From a virus: DNA of 64,000 bases. A model generated the notes under the pieces. It had not been told where the DNA came from. It worked only from the letters and a program-made list of their open reading frames with translations, and searched no databases. Location: the IMG/VR virus record IMGVR_UViG_3300031787_000011. One strand, 5' to 3'. This document shows positions 1-6,463 of this stretch, piece by piece (the stretch's first letter is position 1; every line of letters starts with the position of its first letter). The position numbers were made by a program, and so were the translations under genes.

Positions 1-168
1 TAGAATGTCCCCTTCATATATTTCATTTCCATCTGCGTCTTTGAATCCAGTGTATTGTTGTGGCTCGCTTACACCACCAGCAATTCCTTGAGGATAATCA
101 TATATATCAAAGTAAATAAATTCTTTGCAAACGAAAGAATATACTCTAAATTTATATTCGCGGATCAT
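1..168 (-). CDS. YopX-family protein (runs off the window edge)
   Basis: Manual translation MIREYKFRVYSFVCKEFIYFDIYDYPQGIAGGVSEPQQYTGFKDADGNEIYEGDIL has the KFR...QYTG.KD..G.EIYEGDI YopX signature. Confidence 0.85.
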   Translation of the reverse strand, partial: MIREYKFRVYSFVCKEFIYFDIYDYPQGIAGGVSEPQQYTGFKDADGNEIYEGDIL

Positions 169-169
169 G

Positions 170-562
170 TTACTTTAATAGCTCTGGGTTTTCAAAATAA
201 TTACCTGCAATGATACCATTCATTAAGTCTCTAAAATGCTCTGTAGTTGGATGATGGTATGAATGATAATATGGACATCTTCCTTGCCATTTATAGGCTA
301 TATCATTCCATTCTACAAGATAATTCAAGTTATCCCATTTTACAATATCACCTTCGTAGATAGGATTATCATATTTATCAGTCAATCCCGTATATTGTTG
401 AACTACCCATCTATTGTTTTTTGACCGCGCATAAAAAAACATAATATCAGACAAATTGTAAGAAATGCCCAATTTGCAGTATAAATACGGATTATCTTGA
501 TCAGCTTGTAGATATTCGTTTATAGAAGAATCCCACACTCTAAATTTAAATTCTCGGCTCAT
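170..562 (-). CDS. YopX-family protein
   Basis: REFKFRVWD...QQYTGLTDKYDNPIYEGDIV...GNYFENPELL. Confidence 0.9.
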   Translation of the reverse strand: MSREFKFRVWDSSINEYLQADQDNPYLYCKLGISYNLSDIMFFYARSKNNRWVVQQYTGLTDKYDNPIYEGDIVKWDNLNYLVEWNDIAYKWQGRCPYYHSYHHPTTEHFRDLMNGIIAGNYFENPELLK

Positions 563-567
563 ATTGT

Positions 568-771
568 TTATGGAATTTCTCTATCCGCTATCAAATATCC
601 TTTGCCTTGGCAAGTTGGGCATTCGGCGCAAACCTTTGGTGATACATAATCATAAGCTCTGTTGCATACTTCGCAAGATTTATTATCATCGACTATTTTA
701 TATGCACCTTTTTTCATCTTGTCGCAATAAGCGCATTTAAAAGGTCTTTTAGCTATGATAATTTTATTCAT
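568..771 (-). CDS. small Cys-rich (zinc-finger-like) protein
   Basis: Three CxxC motifs, ending CPTCQGKG. Confidence 0.7.
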   Translation of the reverse strand: MNKIIIAKRPFKCAYCDKMKKGAYKIVDDNKSCEVCNRAYDYVSPKVCAECPTCQGKGYLIADREIP

Positions 772-923
772 ACATTATATAACATTTTGCCACACTTTTT
801 GCACCACCAGCCTTTATGTCTGCCGAAATCATAGTGCCTAGAATGGCATTCGTCAAATGAAGAATGGTGGCATCTGCGAGTTTCCCAGAACCACCATTTG
901 AGCCATTTAAATAATGATATCAT
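768..923 (-). CDS. small hypothetical protein, 51 aa (not in ORF track)
   Basis: MISLFKWLKWWFWETRRCHHSSFDECHSRHYDFGRHKGWWCKKCGKMLYNV; fills the gap and overlaps the next gene by ATGA. Confidence 0.65.
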   Translation of the reverse strand: MISLFKWLKWWFWETRRCHHSSFDECHSRHYDFGRHKGWWCKKCGKMLYNV

Positions 924-1275
924 TGTCGTGTATTGTGCCAGTTATTTTTGGGTAGTATTGCTGAACAATATGACTTAAATTCCAAAACTCTTTAAAATCC
1001 CTATCATCAGTAATAATACACCCAAAAGATCCGCCGTAATAAATTACAGGAACTTGGCCTGTTTGTTTATATTGAGCGGTAAAATCAAGAATATCACCTT
1101 CAAAGATTCTTTGACCGTTAAAATCATTTAATCCTGTATATTCTTCTATTGTATGATAGCGACGATTGAAGCAGCAAGTCAAATGAGCAATTCCCTCTAA
1201 ACCATAGAGAGAACCAGTCATTATATATTTTTTTTCTTGTATGTTCCAGATTCTGTAAATGAATTCTCTATTCAT
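907..1275 (-). CDS. YopX-family protein
   Basis: REFIYRIWN...EEYTGLNDFNGQRIFEGDIL...ITGTIHD. Confidence 0.85.
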   Translation of the reverse strand: MNREFIYRIWNIQEKKYIMTGSLYGLEGIAHLTCCFNRRYHTIEEYTGLNDFNGQRIFEGDILDFTAQYKQTGQVPVIYYGGSFGCIITDDRDFKEFWNLSHIVQQYYPKITGTIHDNDIII

Positions 1276-1284
1276 AAAAAAAAG

Positions 1285-1348
1285 ATCCCACTAGAAGTAA
1301 GTCTGTTTCCAGAACGGGGCATGAAGCCCCTTGTCCTTCTAGCGAGAT
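1285..1348 (-). ncRNA. small three-way-junction RNA or terminator-like element
   Basis: CTAGAAG/CTTCTAG closing stem encloses GGGGC-TTCAT-GCCCC and TCTG-GAAA-CAGA hairpins; followed by a U8 tract. Confidence 0.5.
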
Positions 1349-1358
1349 AAAAATTAAA

Positions 1359-1440
1359 TGAGCGCAGCAGGAATCGAACCTGCTCCTCTGTTTCCGCTTT
1401 TTACAGCTTCGTGCCATTGCTACCAATACACCACACGCTC
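1359..1440 (-). ncRNA. tRNA-like RNA A (acceptor and T arm intact, no canonical anticodon arm)
   Basis: GAGCGTG/TGCGCTC acceptor, D-loop-like TATTGGTAGC, T arm GCAGG-TTCGATT-CCTGC; no 5-bp/7-nt anticodon arm. Confidence 0.65.
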
Positions 1441-1448
1441 AGAAAATC

Positions 1449-1566
1449 CGTGATAAGACTTTTATTTTCTATTTGTCAATAGTTTTATAAGCTTTATCAC
1501 GCTAGAGTCTCCTGATTTGTTTTCAGCGTTATGTCTACCGACACGCACTACAAATCTCCCTCTAGG
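1449..1566 (-). ncRNA. putative two-hairpin structured RNA
   Basis: CTAGAG/CTCTAG, GATTTGT/ACAAATC, GCGT..ACGC nested stems, then a CGTGATAAAG/CTTATCACG stem. Confidence 0.4.
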
Positions 1567-1595
1567 AAAATAAAATTAAAAAGAACAAAATTAAT

Positions 1596-1730
1596 TGATT
1601 GATAGTAGGATTCGAACCTACAGTCCCCACCCCTATTTAGGTTTATATGATGGTTATGCGCATACATCGCCATGAACCTATAAAACTTTGGCAGCCGATG
1701 CGCTCCTTTTCCAGTTAGGTAATACCAATC
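1596..1730 (-). ncRNA. tRNA-like RNA B with a long hairpin in place of the anticodon and variable region
   Basis: 8-bp acceptor GATTGGTA/TATCAATC, D arm CCT-AACTGGAAA-AGG, T arm GTAGG-TTCGAAT-CCTAC, internal TAGGTT...AACCTA hairpin. Confidence 0.65.
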
Positions 1731-1749
1731 AAAAAGAACTAAAAATTAT

Positions 1750-2043
1750 TGCCCATTTTTGTCGCAGTGTAAAGTGACTGGAACCATTATCACTTGGGCG
1801 CACTGTCTGGATTGCAATTGCAGATCAGGTCATTCAGTTATCTGGTATACCGAGTATTCCCAGTACCCCAGATTACGTCCCGGTTCACGACTGTCCTCAT
1901 TGCTGCAAAATCTAATGTGCAGTTTATACAGGATTTTCTGCACTAGCCTCTCTATTAGTCTTTGTTGGCTGTCCAAAGCGTCAAGCTGCGTCCTGTTGGC
2001 AAAGTTATGTTTCTGGATTTCACTATTTGTTCCATTTACTACG
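1750..2043 (-). ncRNA. ~295-nt structured ncRNA candidate, family unknown
   Basis: GC-richer, no credible ORF; helices CGTAGT/ACTGCG, TGGAAC/GTTCCA, GTGCAG/CTGCAC, CTAAT/ATTAG, ATCTGG/CCAGAT, GCCCA/TGGGC; lies inside the tRNA island. Confidence 0.55.
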
Positions 2044-2086
2044 TTTTAATTCGTCAATTAAAACACTTCAATGTCTATCAGGATCA

Positions 2087-2192
2087 ATACATTAACTAGC
2101 CCAACTATCGGTCAGATTCGAACTGACAAACCCGGCCTATTCGCCGGTACTTTACCCGCTTAAGTTACTGTCATTGTATTTATTAATGTATT
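2087..2192 (-). ncRNA. tRNA-like RNA C (D, anticodon-like and T arms; displaced acceptor stem)
   Basis: ACTT-AAGCGGGTA-AAGT, CCGGC-GAATAG-GCCGG (6-nt loop), GTCAG-TTCGAAT-CTGAC; flanks AATACATTAA/TTAATGTATT pair. Confidence 0.6.
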
Positions 2193-2218
2193 TAAAATTA
2201 TTGAATATAAAAACTCTG

Positions 2219-2772
2219 TCCAGCGAGGGGGACTTGAACCCCCACAGTGTTATTAGCACCTGCGGATTTTACTTACCACTATAGTTTTCACTACCAAAGT
2301 TCGATTGAACAAAGATTTTTAATACTTATTTGTTTTACATCGTTCGTATCCCCGATTTCTTTATTCCTTTGTTTGTGGTCTGGACTATGCCTTTACCATA
2401 ATCTAATGAGTATTTCAAGCCTGTTCGGCTATCTTAGATTTTCTAGGTAGGTGATTATAGTCTCTACACGTTTCTAATTATGAGGCTATAGAATTTATCG
2501 CAATGAAGCGGCTAGAAGGGTAACCTAGCTAGGGTGGCTGATCACGATTGCGTCAGTTGTTCCACCTTTTTTCTTCTATAATTTCTTTATCGTTTGCCTT
2601 AGACTTCGCTCGGCGTTGGGTAGAAATTATTTATTTGGACAGTGGGGTTTTCCACCGTTGCTCCAATTTTCAATAACTCATGCCGTTCACCGAATTTACA
2701 CCATACTCATACATAATTTCTCATGTATGGACCCTTAAGAGTCCGCTGCGTCTGCCATTTCGCCATCGCTGG
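2219..2772 (-). tRNA. trnL: tRNA-Leu(UAA), intron-containing (exons 2772-2740 and 2271-2219)
   Basis: Spliced form: CCAGCGA TG GCG AAATGGCAGA CGC A GCGGA CT^TAA AA TCCGC, long variable arm, GGGGG TTCAAGT CCCCC TCGCTGG A. Confidence 0.93.
2272..2739 (-). mobile_element. group I self-splicing intron, 468 nt, no ORF, inserted after U33 of tRNA-Leu
   Basis: P1 GGACU^C-UUAA-GGGUCC with U.G at the splice site; P AAATTCGGTGAA, Q AACGCCGAGCGAAG, R GTGTAGAGACTA, S AAGGCATAGTCC; terminal G (GGTAAG). Confidence 0.9.
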
Positions 2773-2807
2773 ACAGAATTTTCATATTCAGTTGTAAAGA
2801 ACAAAAT

Positions 2808-2883
2808 TGGTAGCCCATAAGAGAATCGAACTCTTGTTAATAGATTGAAAATCTACTGTCCTAAACCACTAGACGAATGGGCC
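2808..2883 (-). tRNA. tRNA-Glu(UUC)
   Basis: Cloverleaf; GTAGA-TT TTC AA-TCTAT; encoded CCA. Confidence 0.95.
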
Positions 2884-2887
2884 AAAA

Positions 2888-2964
2888 TGGTGGTCCGGGT
2901 GGGCTTCGAACCCACAACCTATCCCTTATAAAGAGATTGCTCTGCTCTATTGAGCTACCAGACC
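2888..2964 (-). tRNA. tRNA-Ile(UAU)
   Basis: ATCTC-TT TAT AA-GGGAT; encoded CCA. Confidence 0.92.
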
Positions 2965-2970
2965 AGCATT

Positions 2971-3046
2971 TGGTGGGCCTTACAGGATTTGAACCTATAA
3001 CCAAGGAATTATGAGTTCCCTGCTCTAACCGTTGAGCTAAAGGCCC
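2971..3046 (-). tRNA. tRNA with CAU anticodon, Ile2-like body (or elongator Met)
   Basis: GGGCCTTTAGCTCAACGGTTAGAGCA; GGGAA-CT CAT AA-TTCCT; CCA. Confidence 0.9.
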
Positions 3047-3070
3047 ACTAAATTTTAAAGAACAAAAAAA

Positions 3071-3270
3071 CCGTGTAGTTTTTTTCGAAAAACTACAAAA
3101 ACGGATATAACGAACCTATATCTAGTTAAGGTTTCTATAGCGAACCTGAAAAACTGTTGAGTTTTTAGTCTAAGGTAACGGACTCAACTAACCTAAAATA
3201 TTAAGCAGCGGGAAACGTATTTCCATCTTATATAATTAACACACGTTAGATATAAGAGATCTCACTGCTC
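3071..3270 (-). ncRNA. putative structured spacer RNA between tRNA-Lys and tRNA-CAU
   Basis: GAGCAGTG/CGCTGCTT enclosing TCTTATAT/ATATAAGA and GGAAA/TTTCC; also GTTGAGT/ACTCAAC, GATATA/TATATC and GTAGTTTTT/AAAAACTAC hairpins. Confidence 0.4.
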
Positions 3271-3292
3271 AAAATTTTAAAAGAACGAAAAT

Positions 3293-3367
3293 TGGTGCGA
3301 CTGCCGAGATTTGAACTCGGAACCAACGGCTTAAAAGGCCGCTGCTCTACCGTTGAGCTACAATCGC
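3293..3367 (-). tRNA. tRNA-Lys(UUU)
   Basis: GCGGC-CT TTT AA-GCCGT; CCA. Confidence 0.95.
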
Positions 3368-3370
3368 ATT

Positions 3371-3446
3371 TGGGAGCAGGTGCCAGATTCGAACTAGCGA
3401 TCTTCACGTTATGAGCGTGACGAGATGACCTCTTCTCCAACCTGCC
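3371..3446 (-). tRNA. tRNA-Met(CAU), initiator-like body with atypical anticodon stem
   Basis: TGGAGAAG..TCTCG D arm; TCACG-CT CAT AA-CGTGA; CCA. Confidence 0.88.
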
Positions 3447-3464
3447 GTCCTAACTTACGCTCTC

Positions 3465-3492
3465 AGTATGACCGAAGTTCCTGAGAAGTCAA
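3465..3492 (-). promoter_or_regulatory. sigma70-like promoter for the tRNA/ncRNA array
   Basis: TTGACT-N16-CATACT upstream of tRNA-Met. Confidence 0.7.
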
Positions 3493-3517
3493 GGAAAGTT
3501 GAAAAAATTTTTAGAAG

Positions 3518-3592
3518 TGGAGCCAAAGACAGGACTTGAACCTGCAACCTTTACTTTACAAAAGTATTGCTCTGCCATTGAGCTACTCTGGC
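3518..3592 (-). tRNA. tRNA-Thr(UGU)
   Basis: ATACT-TT TGT AA-AGTAA; CCA. Confidence 0.93.
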
Positions 3593-3599
3593 TTTAAAA

Positions 3600-4022
3600 T
3601 TAATGCTTAATCATTCTGCCGCCAACAATATTACTCTTTTTAAAAGATTTAAAATGATTGCTGTCATCAAGATCATGTCCTTTGATATAATACTTATCCT
3701 CTTCTAGGATGTCTACTTTGCGCCAATCTGTCTTGCCGTCATCTTTCTTATACACAAATTCAACAACATTTGGAACTCTTGTTGAGATCTGAGTCGGCTC
3801 AACGTAGCCTTGCCCCTCATTGACAATTGAAATAACTTTTTTGCCAATTACAGAATGAGCAAAAACAATAAAATCAACCATAGCTTTAGTTGGATCAACC
3901 GACAAAGATTTAAAATTCCCTAAAAGCTTATTTAAAAAAGCCTTATTTGGAACTTCTATTTCCAAAATTGGAGAATCATAATACTGCTCTTCATTGGTGA
4001 TGAATTGTATGTATGCTTTCAT
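3600..4022 (-). CDS. protein with C-terminal WYL-like domain
   Basis: VVEFVYKKDDGKTDWRKV...YIKGHDLDDSNHFKSFKKSNI resembles the WYL pattern F.Y...G....R.V...yl.g.d......r.F..drI. Confidence 0.65.
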   Translation of the reverse strand: MKAYIQFITNEEQYYDSPILEIEVPNKAFLNKLLGNFKSLSVDPTKAMVDFIVFAHSVIGKKVISIVNEGQGYVEPTQISTRVPNVVEFVYKKDDGKTDWRKVDILEEDKYYIKGHDLDDSNHFKSFKKSNIVGGRMIKH

Positions 4023-4023
4023 G

Positions 4024-4161
4024 TTATTTTTCTGATAAAAACTTCTCTACAATTAAAAATAAAACAAAATTAACAGCCACGCCAACCAACATACCATAAA
4101 GTACAGACACAATGAGTCCAATTACAATAGTTGATCCTACGGCTATATTATAAATTTTCAT
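4024..4161 (-). CDS. small membrane protein, 45 aa
   Basis: MKIYNIAVGSTIVIGLIVSVLYGMLVGVAVNFVLFLIVEKFLSEK; start placed downstream of tRNA-Gln. Confidence 0.6.
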   Translation of the reverse strand: MKIYNIAVGSTIVIGLIVSVLYGMLVGVAVNFVLFLIVEKFLSEK

Positions 4162-4166
4162 AAAAA

Positions 4167-4240
4167 TGGCAGGGGATGAGGGAATCGAACCCCCACAAAG
4201 AGCTTCAAAGACTCCTGCACTACCATTATGCAAATCCCCA
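4167..4240 (-). tRNA. tRNA-Gln(UUG)
   Basis: GGAGT-CT TTG AA-GCTCT; U1-U72 mismatch; CCA. Confidence 0.93.
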
Positions 4241-4242
4241 AT

Positions 4243-4316
4243 TGGAGCGAGTAGGGGGAATCGAACCCCCATAGCAAGTTTGGAAAACTCGAACTTTACC
4301 ATTAAGCTATACTCGC
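4243..4316 (-). tRNA. tRNA-Gly(UCC)
   Basis: CGAGT-TT TCC AA-ACTTG; CCA. Confidence 0.95.
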
Positions 4317-4322
4317 AAAAAC

Positions 4323-4643
4323 TTACTTCTTCTTTTTCTTTTTCTCTTCTTCTCTTATCTTATTATCTTCTATCATTTTGTCCAATCTTTTATAAGCATT
4401 TTCTTTGGTGGTGCAAGTATATCCATCGCTGCCCCAAGCGTTGGAACTTGGATAATATTCACTAGCAGGATACATTTGTCCGCCAATAGCATAACCGTTA
4501 TGAGATTGTATTTTTACTACCTCATAATGTTTTCTTTCTGGAGAATCATTAAAGAATCTCTCGTAAATAGCAAAATCTCCTTCTCGGTGAATTTGCTTGT
4601 GAGAAAAGTTCTTGCTAGTAAAAGCCTTTTCTATTTTTTTCAT
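4323..4643 (-). CDS. hypothetical protein
   Basis: 106-aa ORF coupled by ATGA to the upstream gene. Confidence 0.75.
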   Translation of the reverse strand: MKKIEKAFTSKNFSHKQIHREGDFAIYERFFNDSPERKHYEVVKIQSHNGYAIGGQMYPASEYYPSSNAWGSDGYTCTTKENAYKRLDKMIEDNKIREEEKKKKKK

Positions 4644-5359
4644 GGGTTTTCTTGGCTATAACGGTGGATTGCTTCTTGGCACCATTTTAATGGATTGCCA
4701 GAAAAATTATTCCATCCAATATGACCTAACTTTATGGTTGGGTCAATCAAAACTTTTCCTCCAAGTTCGCGCCAGATTGAGCAGAACCCCCAGTCTTCGC
4801 TCTCATAAATTCCATTATGAACTCCAGATCTGAAGAAATTATAAAAAGTATCTAACTGACCGTAGCCATCAATATCGTTTTTATATTTCAACTCTGGTCT
4901 GCTGGAAGCTATTTTTGAGAAAACTTCCCTCTTTATCATCAAAAAACCAGTAGGAAGATAAGTAGTTTCAATTAAACCATCTTGATTGAAATTTATTTCG
5001 CCTCCGAAAGGGTAATCTACAGCCTCTTCTCCTGCAAAAGCCCGATTCCAAACGTAATACTTTTTAGGATAAACTCCAGCGATTACTTCTTTATTGTGTC
5101 TAAGAAGCTTAACAACAGACTCTGGCTCAAATTCAATATCAGAATCAATAAACAATAAATGAGAGCAGTCTGAATCAAGAAAATGCGCCGCCGCAGCATT
5201 TCTGGCTCTTGGAATCAAGCTCTCAAATACTATAGGATAAAGACAGTAGTTGATGTTTTTGTCTCTTAAATAATGAGTCAGCCTGATCAAGCTGATCATG
5301 AATTCTGTATTCGCCATATGGTTGTAGCAAATAACAGGAATAAAAAGTTTTTCTTTCAT
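4640..5359 (-). CDS. glycosyltransferase, GT-A/GT2-like
   Basis: SLIPRARN, LLFIDSDI (DxD), TGFLMIKREVF, SEDWGFC. Confidence 0.85.
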   Translation of the reverse strand: MKEKLFIPVICYNHMANTEFMISLIRLTHYLRDKNINYCLYPIVFESLIPRARNAAAAHFLDSDCSHLLFIDSDIEFEPESVVKLLRHNKEVIAGVYPKKYYVWNRAFAGEEAVDYPFGGEINFNQDGLIETTYLPTGFLMIKREVFSKIASSRPELKYKNDIDGYGQLDTFYNFFRSGVHNGIYESEDWGFCSIWRELGGKVLIDPTIKLGHIGWNNFSGNPLKWCQEAIHRYSQENP

Positions 5360-5565
5360 TTGTTGTTTTTAGAAGCGTTCATAATTTGTTCAAGATTTTC
5401 TTTGACTCTAATGCCAGTTGGGCTTCCATCTTTGGTATAAATAATGGTGTGAATCTTACTTGGCTCGATAGATGTTACATTATCTAAATTAACAAGAATA
5501 GGAATATAATCCCTGCCGTTATCATGAGTAGTGTCCAATGCGTGGACTTTGATTAAGTGCGCCAT
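5356..5565 (-). CDS. hypothetical protein (FlbD-like small fold possible)
   Basis: ILVNLDNVTSIEP...IRVKENLEQI. Confidence 0.6.
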   Translation of the reverse strand: MAHLIKVHALDTTHDNGRDYIPILVNLDNVTSIEPSKIHTIIYTKDGSPTGIRVKENLEQIMNASKNNK

Positions 5566-5566
5566 A

Positions 5567-6457
5567 TTATTTATTCAACATTTTCAAAATAGCAAGGTCT
5601 TTGCTCTTCAATTCAACATCCCAGAATACCTCGTCGTTGTATTGTGGAGGAGTATGCAAAGCATAATCAGCGTGTTTTCTTGTGCCATCAATACCCTCGC
5701 TGTAGTGGAATACAGGAGTCGTATTCCAAGTCGAGTAGGCCAAGTCGAAAGCTTCGCGCTCTGGAACTCCATGATTGCAGAAAGAGTGGTGCAAATTATC
5801 AAAGGTCACAGGAATTTGAGCTTTTTGATAAAAATATTTATAAAGGTTTTTAATGCTCCAAACGCCATCTTTGTTATCGTTTACTTCTACGACAAGACGA
5901 CTTTTTACATTGTGGGGAAGTCTATCGTAATTCCTAATGAAATCATTGGAAATTATTTCGGGGTCTTCATCTCGGCGACAATGGATGTTCAATGGGGCAT
6001 CATAAGACTGAGGCAAGCCAATAAGATCAAATAGCTCCGCATGAGAAGCAAGATCTCTGGTGCTGTTGGAAATCACCTCTTCTTTTGGGCTAGTGAGACT
6101 AATATACTCTGAAGGATGAGCTGAAATCTTTAGCCCCGTCTCTTTGATGGCGTTAGCGATGGAAGACAAAGACTCAAAAATAGCCGCAGCATTTGGCAGA
6201 TCTTGCAATTTAACGTCTACGGAAGGATGATTAATAACTGGCGTAAGGTCTGAAGATAATCTATAACTGCTGAATCCGCTGGCCTTGCAGTAACGAATTA
6301 CTTTTTCTGTGACAAGAAAGTTATTAAGAATGCGAGCAGAAAGGATTTCTAGAGCTTGCTGGCGTGGTAGCGCAGAAAACCTAGAAAAAGTCATAGTTTG
6401 GAATTTATGGCCCTCGTCTTGAAGACGCAAAGAAATGCAGCAAAGTCCCAGTCGCAT
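5567..6457 (-). CDS. uvsE: UV damage endonuclease
   Basis: RLGLCC, YRLSSDL, SAHPSEY, NIH, LVVEVND, TFDNLHH, FHYSE, HAD, DVELKSKD. Confidence 0.93.
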   Translation of the reverse strand: MRLGLCCISLRLQDEGHKFQTMTFSRFSALPRQQALEILSARILNNFLVTEKVIRYCKASGFSSYRLSSDLTPVINHPSVDVKLQDLPNAAAIFESLSSIANAIKETGLKISAHPSEYISLTSPKEEVISNSTRDLASHAELFDLIGLPQSYDAPLNIHCRRDEDPEIISNDFIRNYDRLPHNVKSRLVVEVNDNKDGVWSIKNLYKYFYQKAQIPVTFDNLHHSFCNHGVPEREAFDLAYSTWNTTPVFHYSEGIDGTRKHADYALHTPPQYNDEVFWDVELKSKDLAILKMLNK

Positions 6458-6463
6458 GGTGCA

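Noticed and set aside
1596-1730. tRNA-Sec
   Set aside because: 8/5 geometry fits, but there is no UCA anticodon arm or 6-bp D stem
1750-2043. tmRNA or RNase P RNA
   Set aside because: No tRNA-Ala-like ends or tag frame found; GAGGACAGTC only loosely resembles the RNase P P4 sequence and the 3' partner is absent
1759-2450. Plus-strand ORFs 1759-2049 and 2247-2450
   Set aside because: Antisense to the structured RNA and intron, atypical composition; no LAGLIDADG, GIY-YIG or HNH motif, so no homing endonuclease
3246-3440. 64-aa ORF, also 4166-4465(+) and the 5' extension of 4024-4302
   Set aside because: These overlap clear tRNA genes and are shadow ORFs
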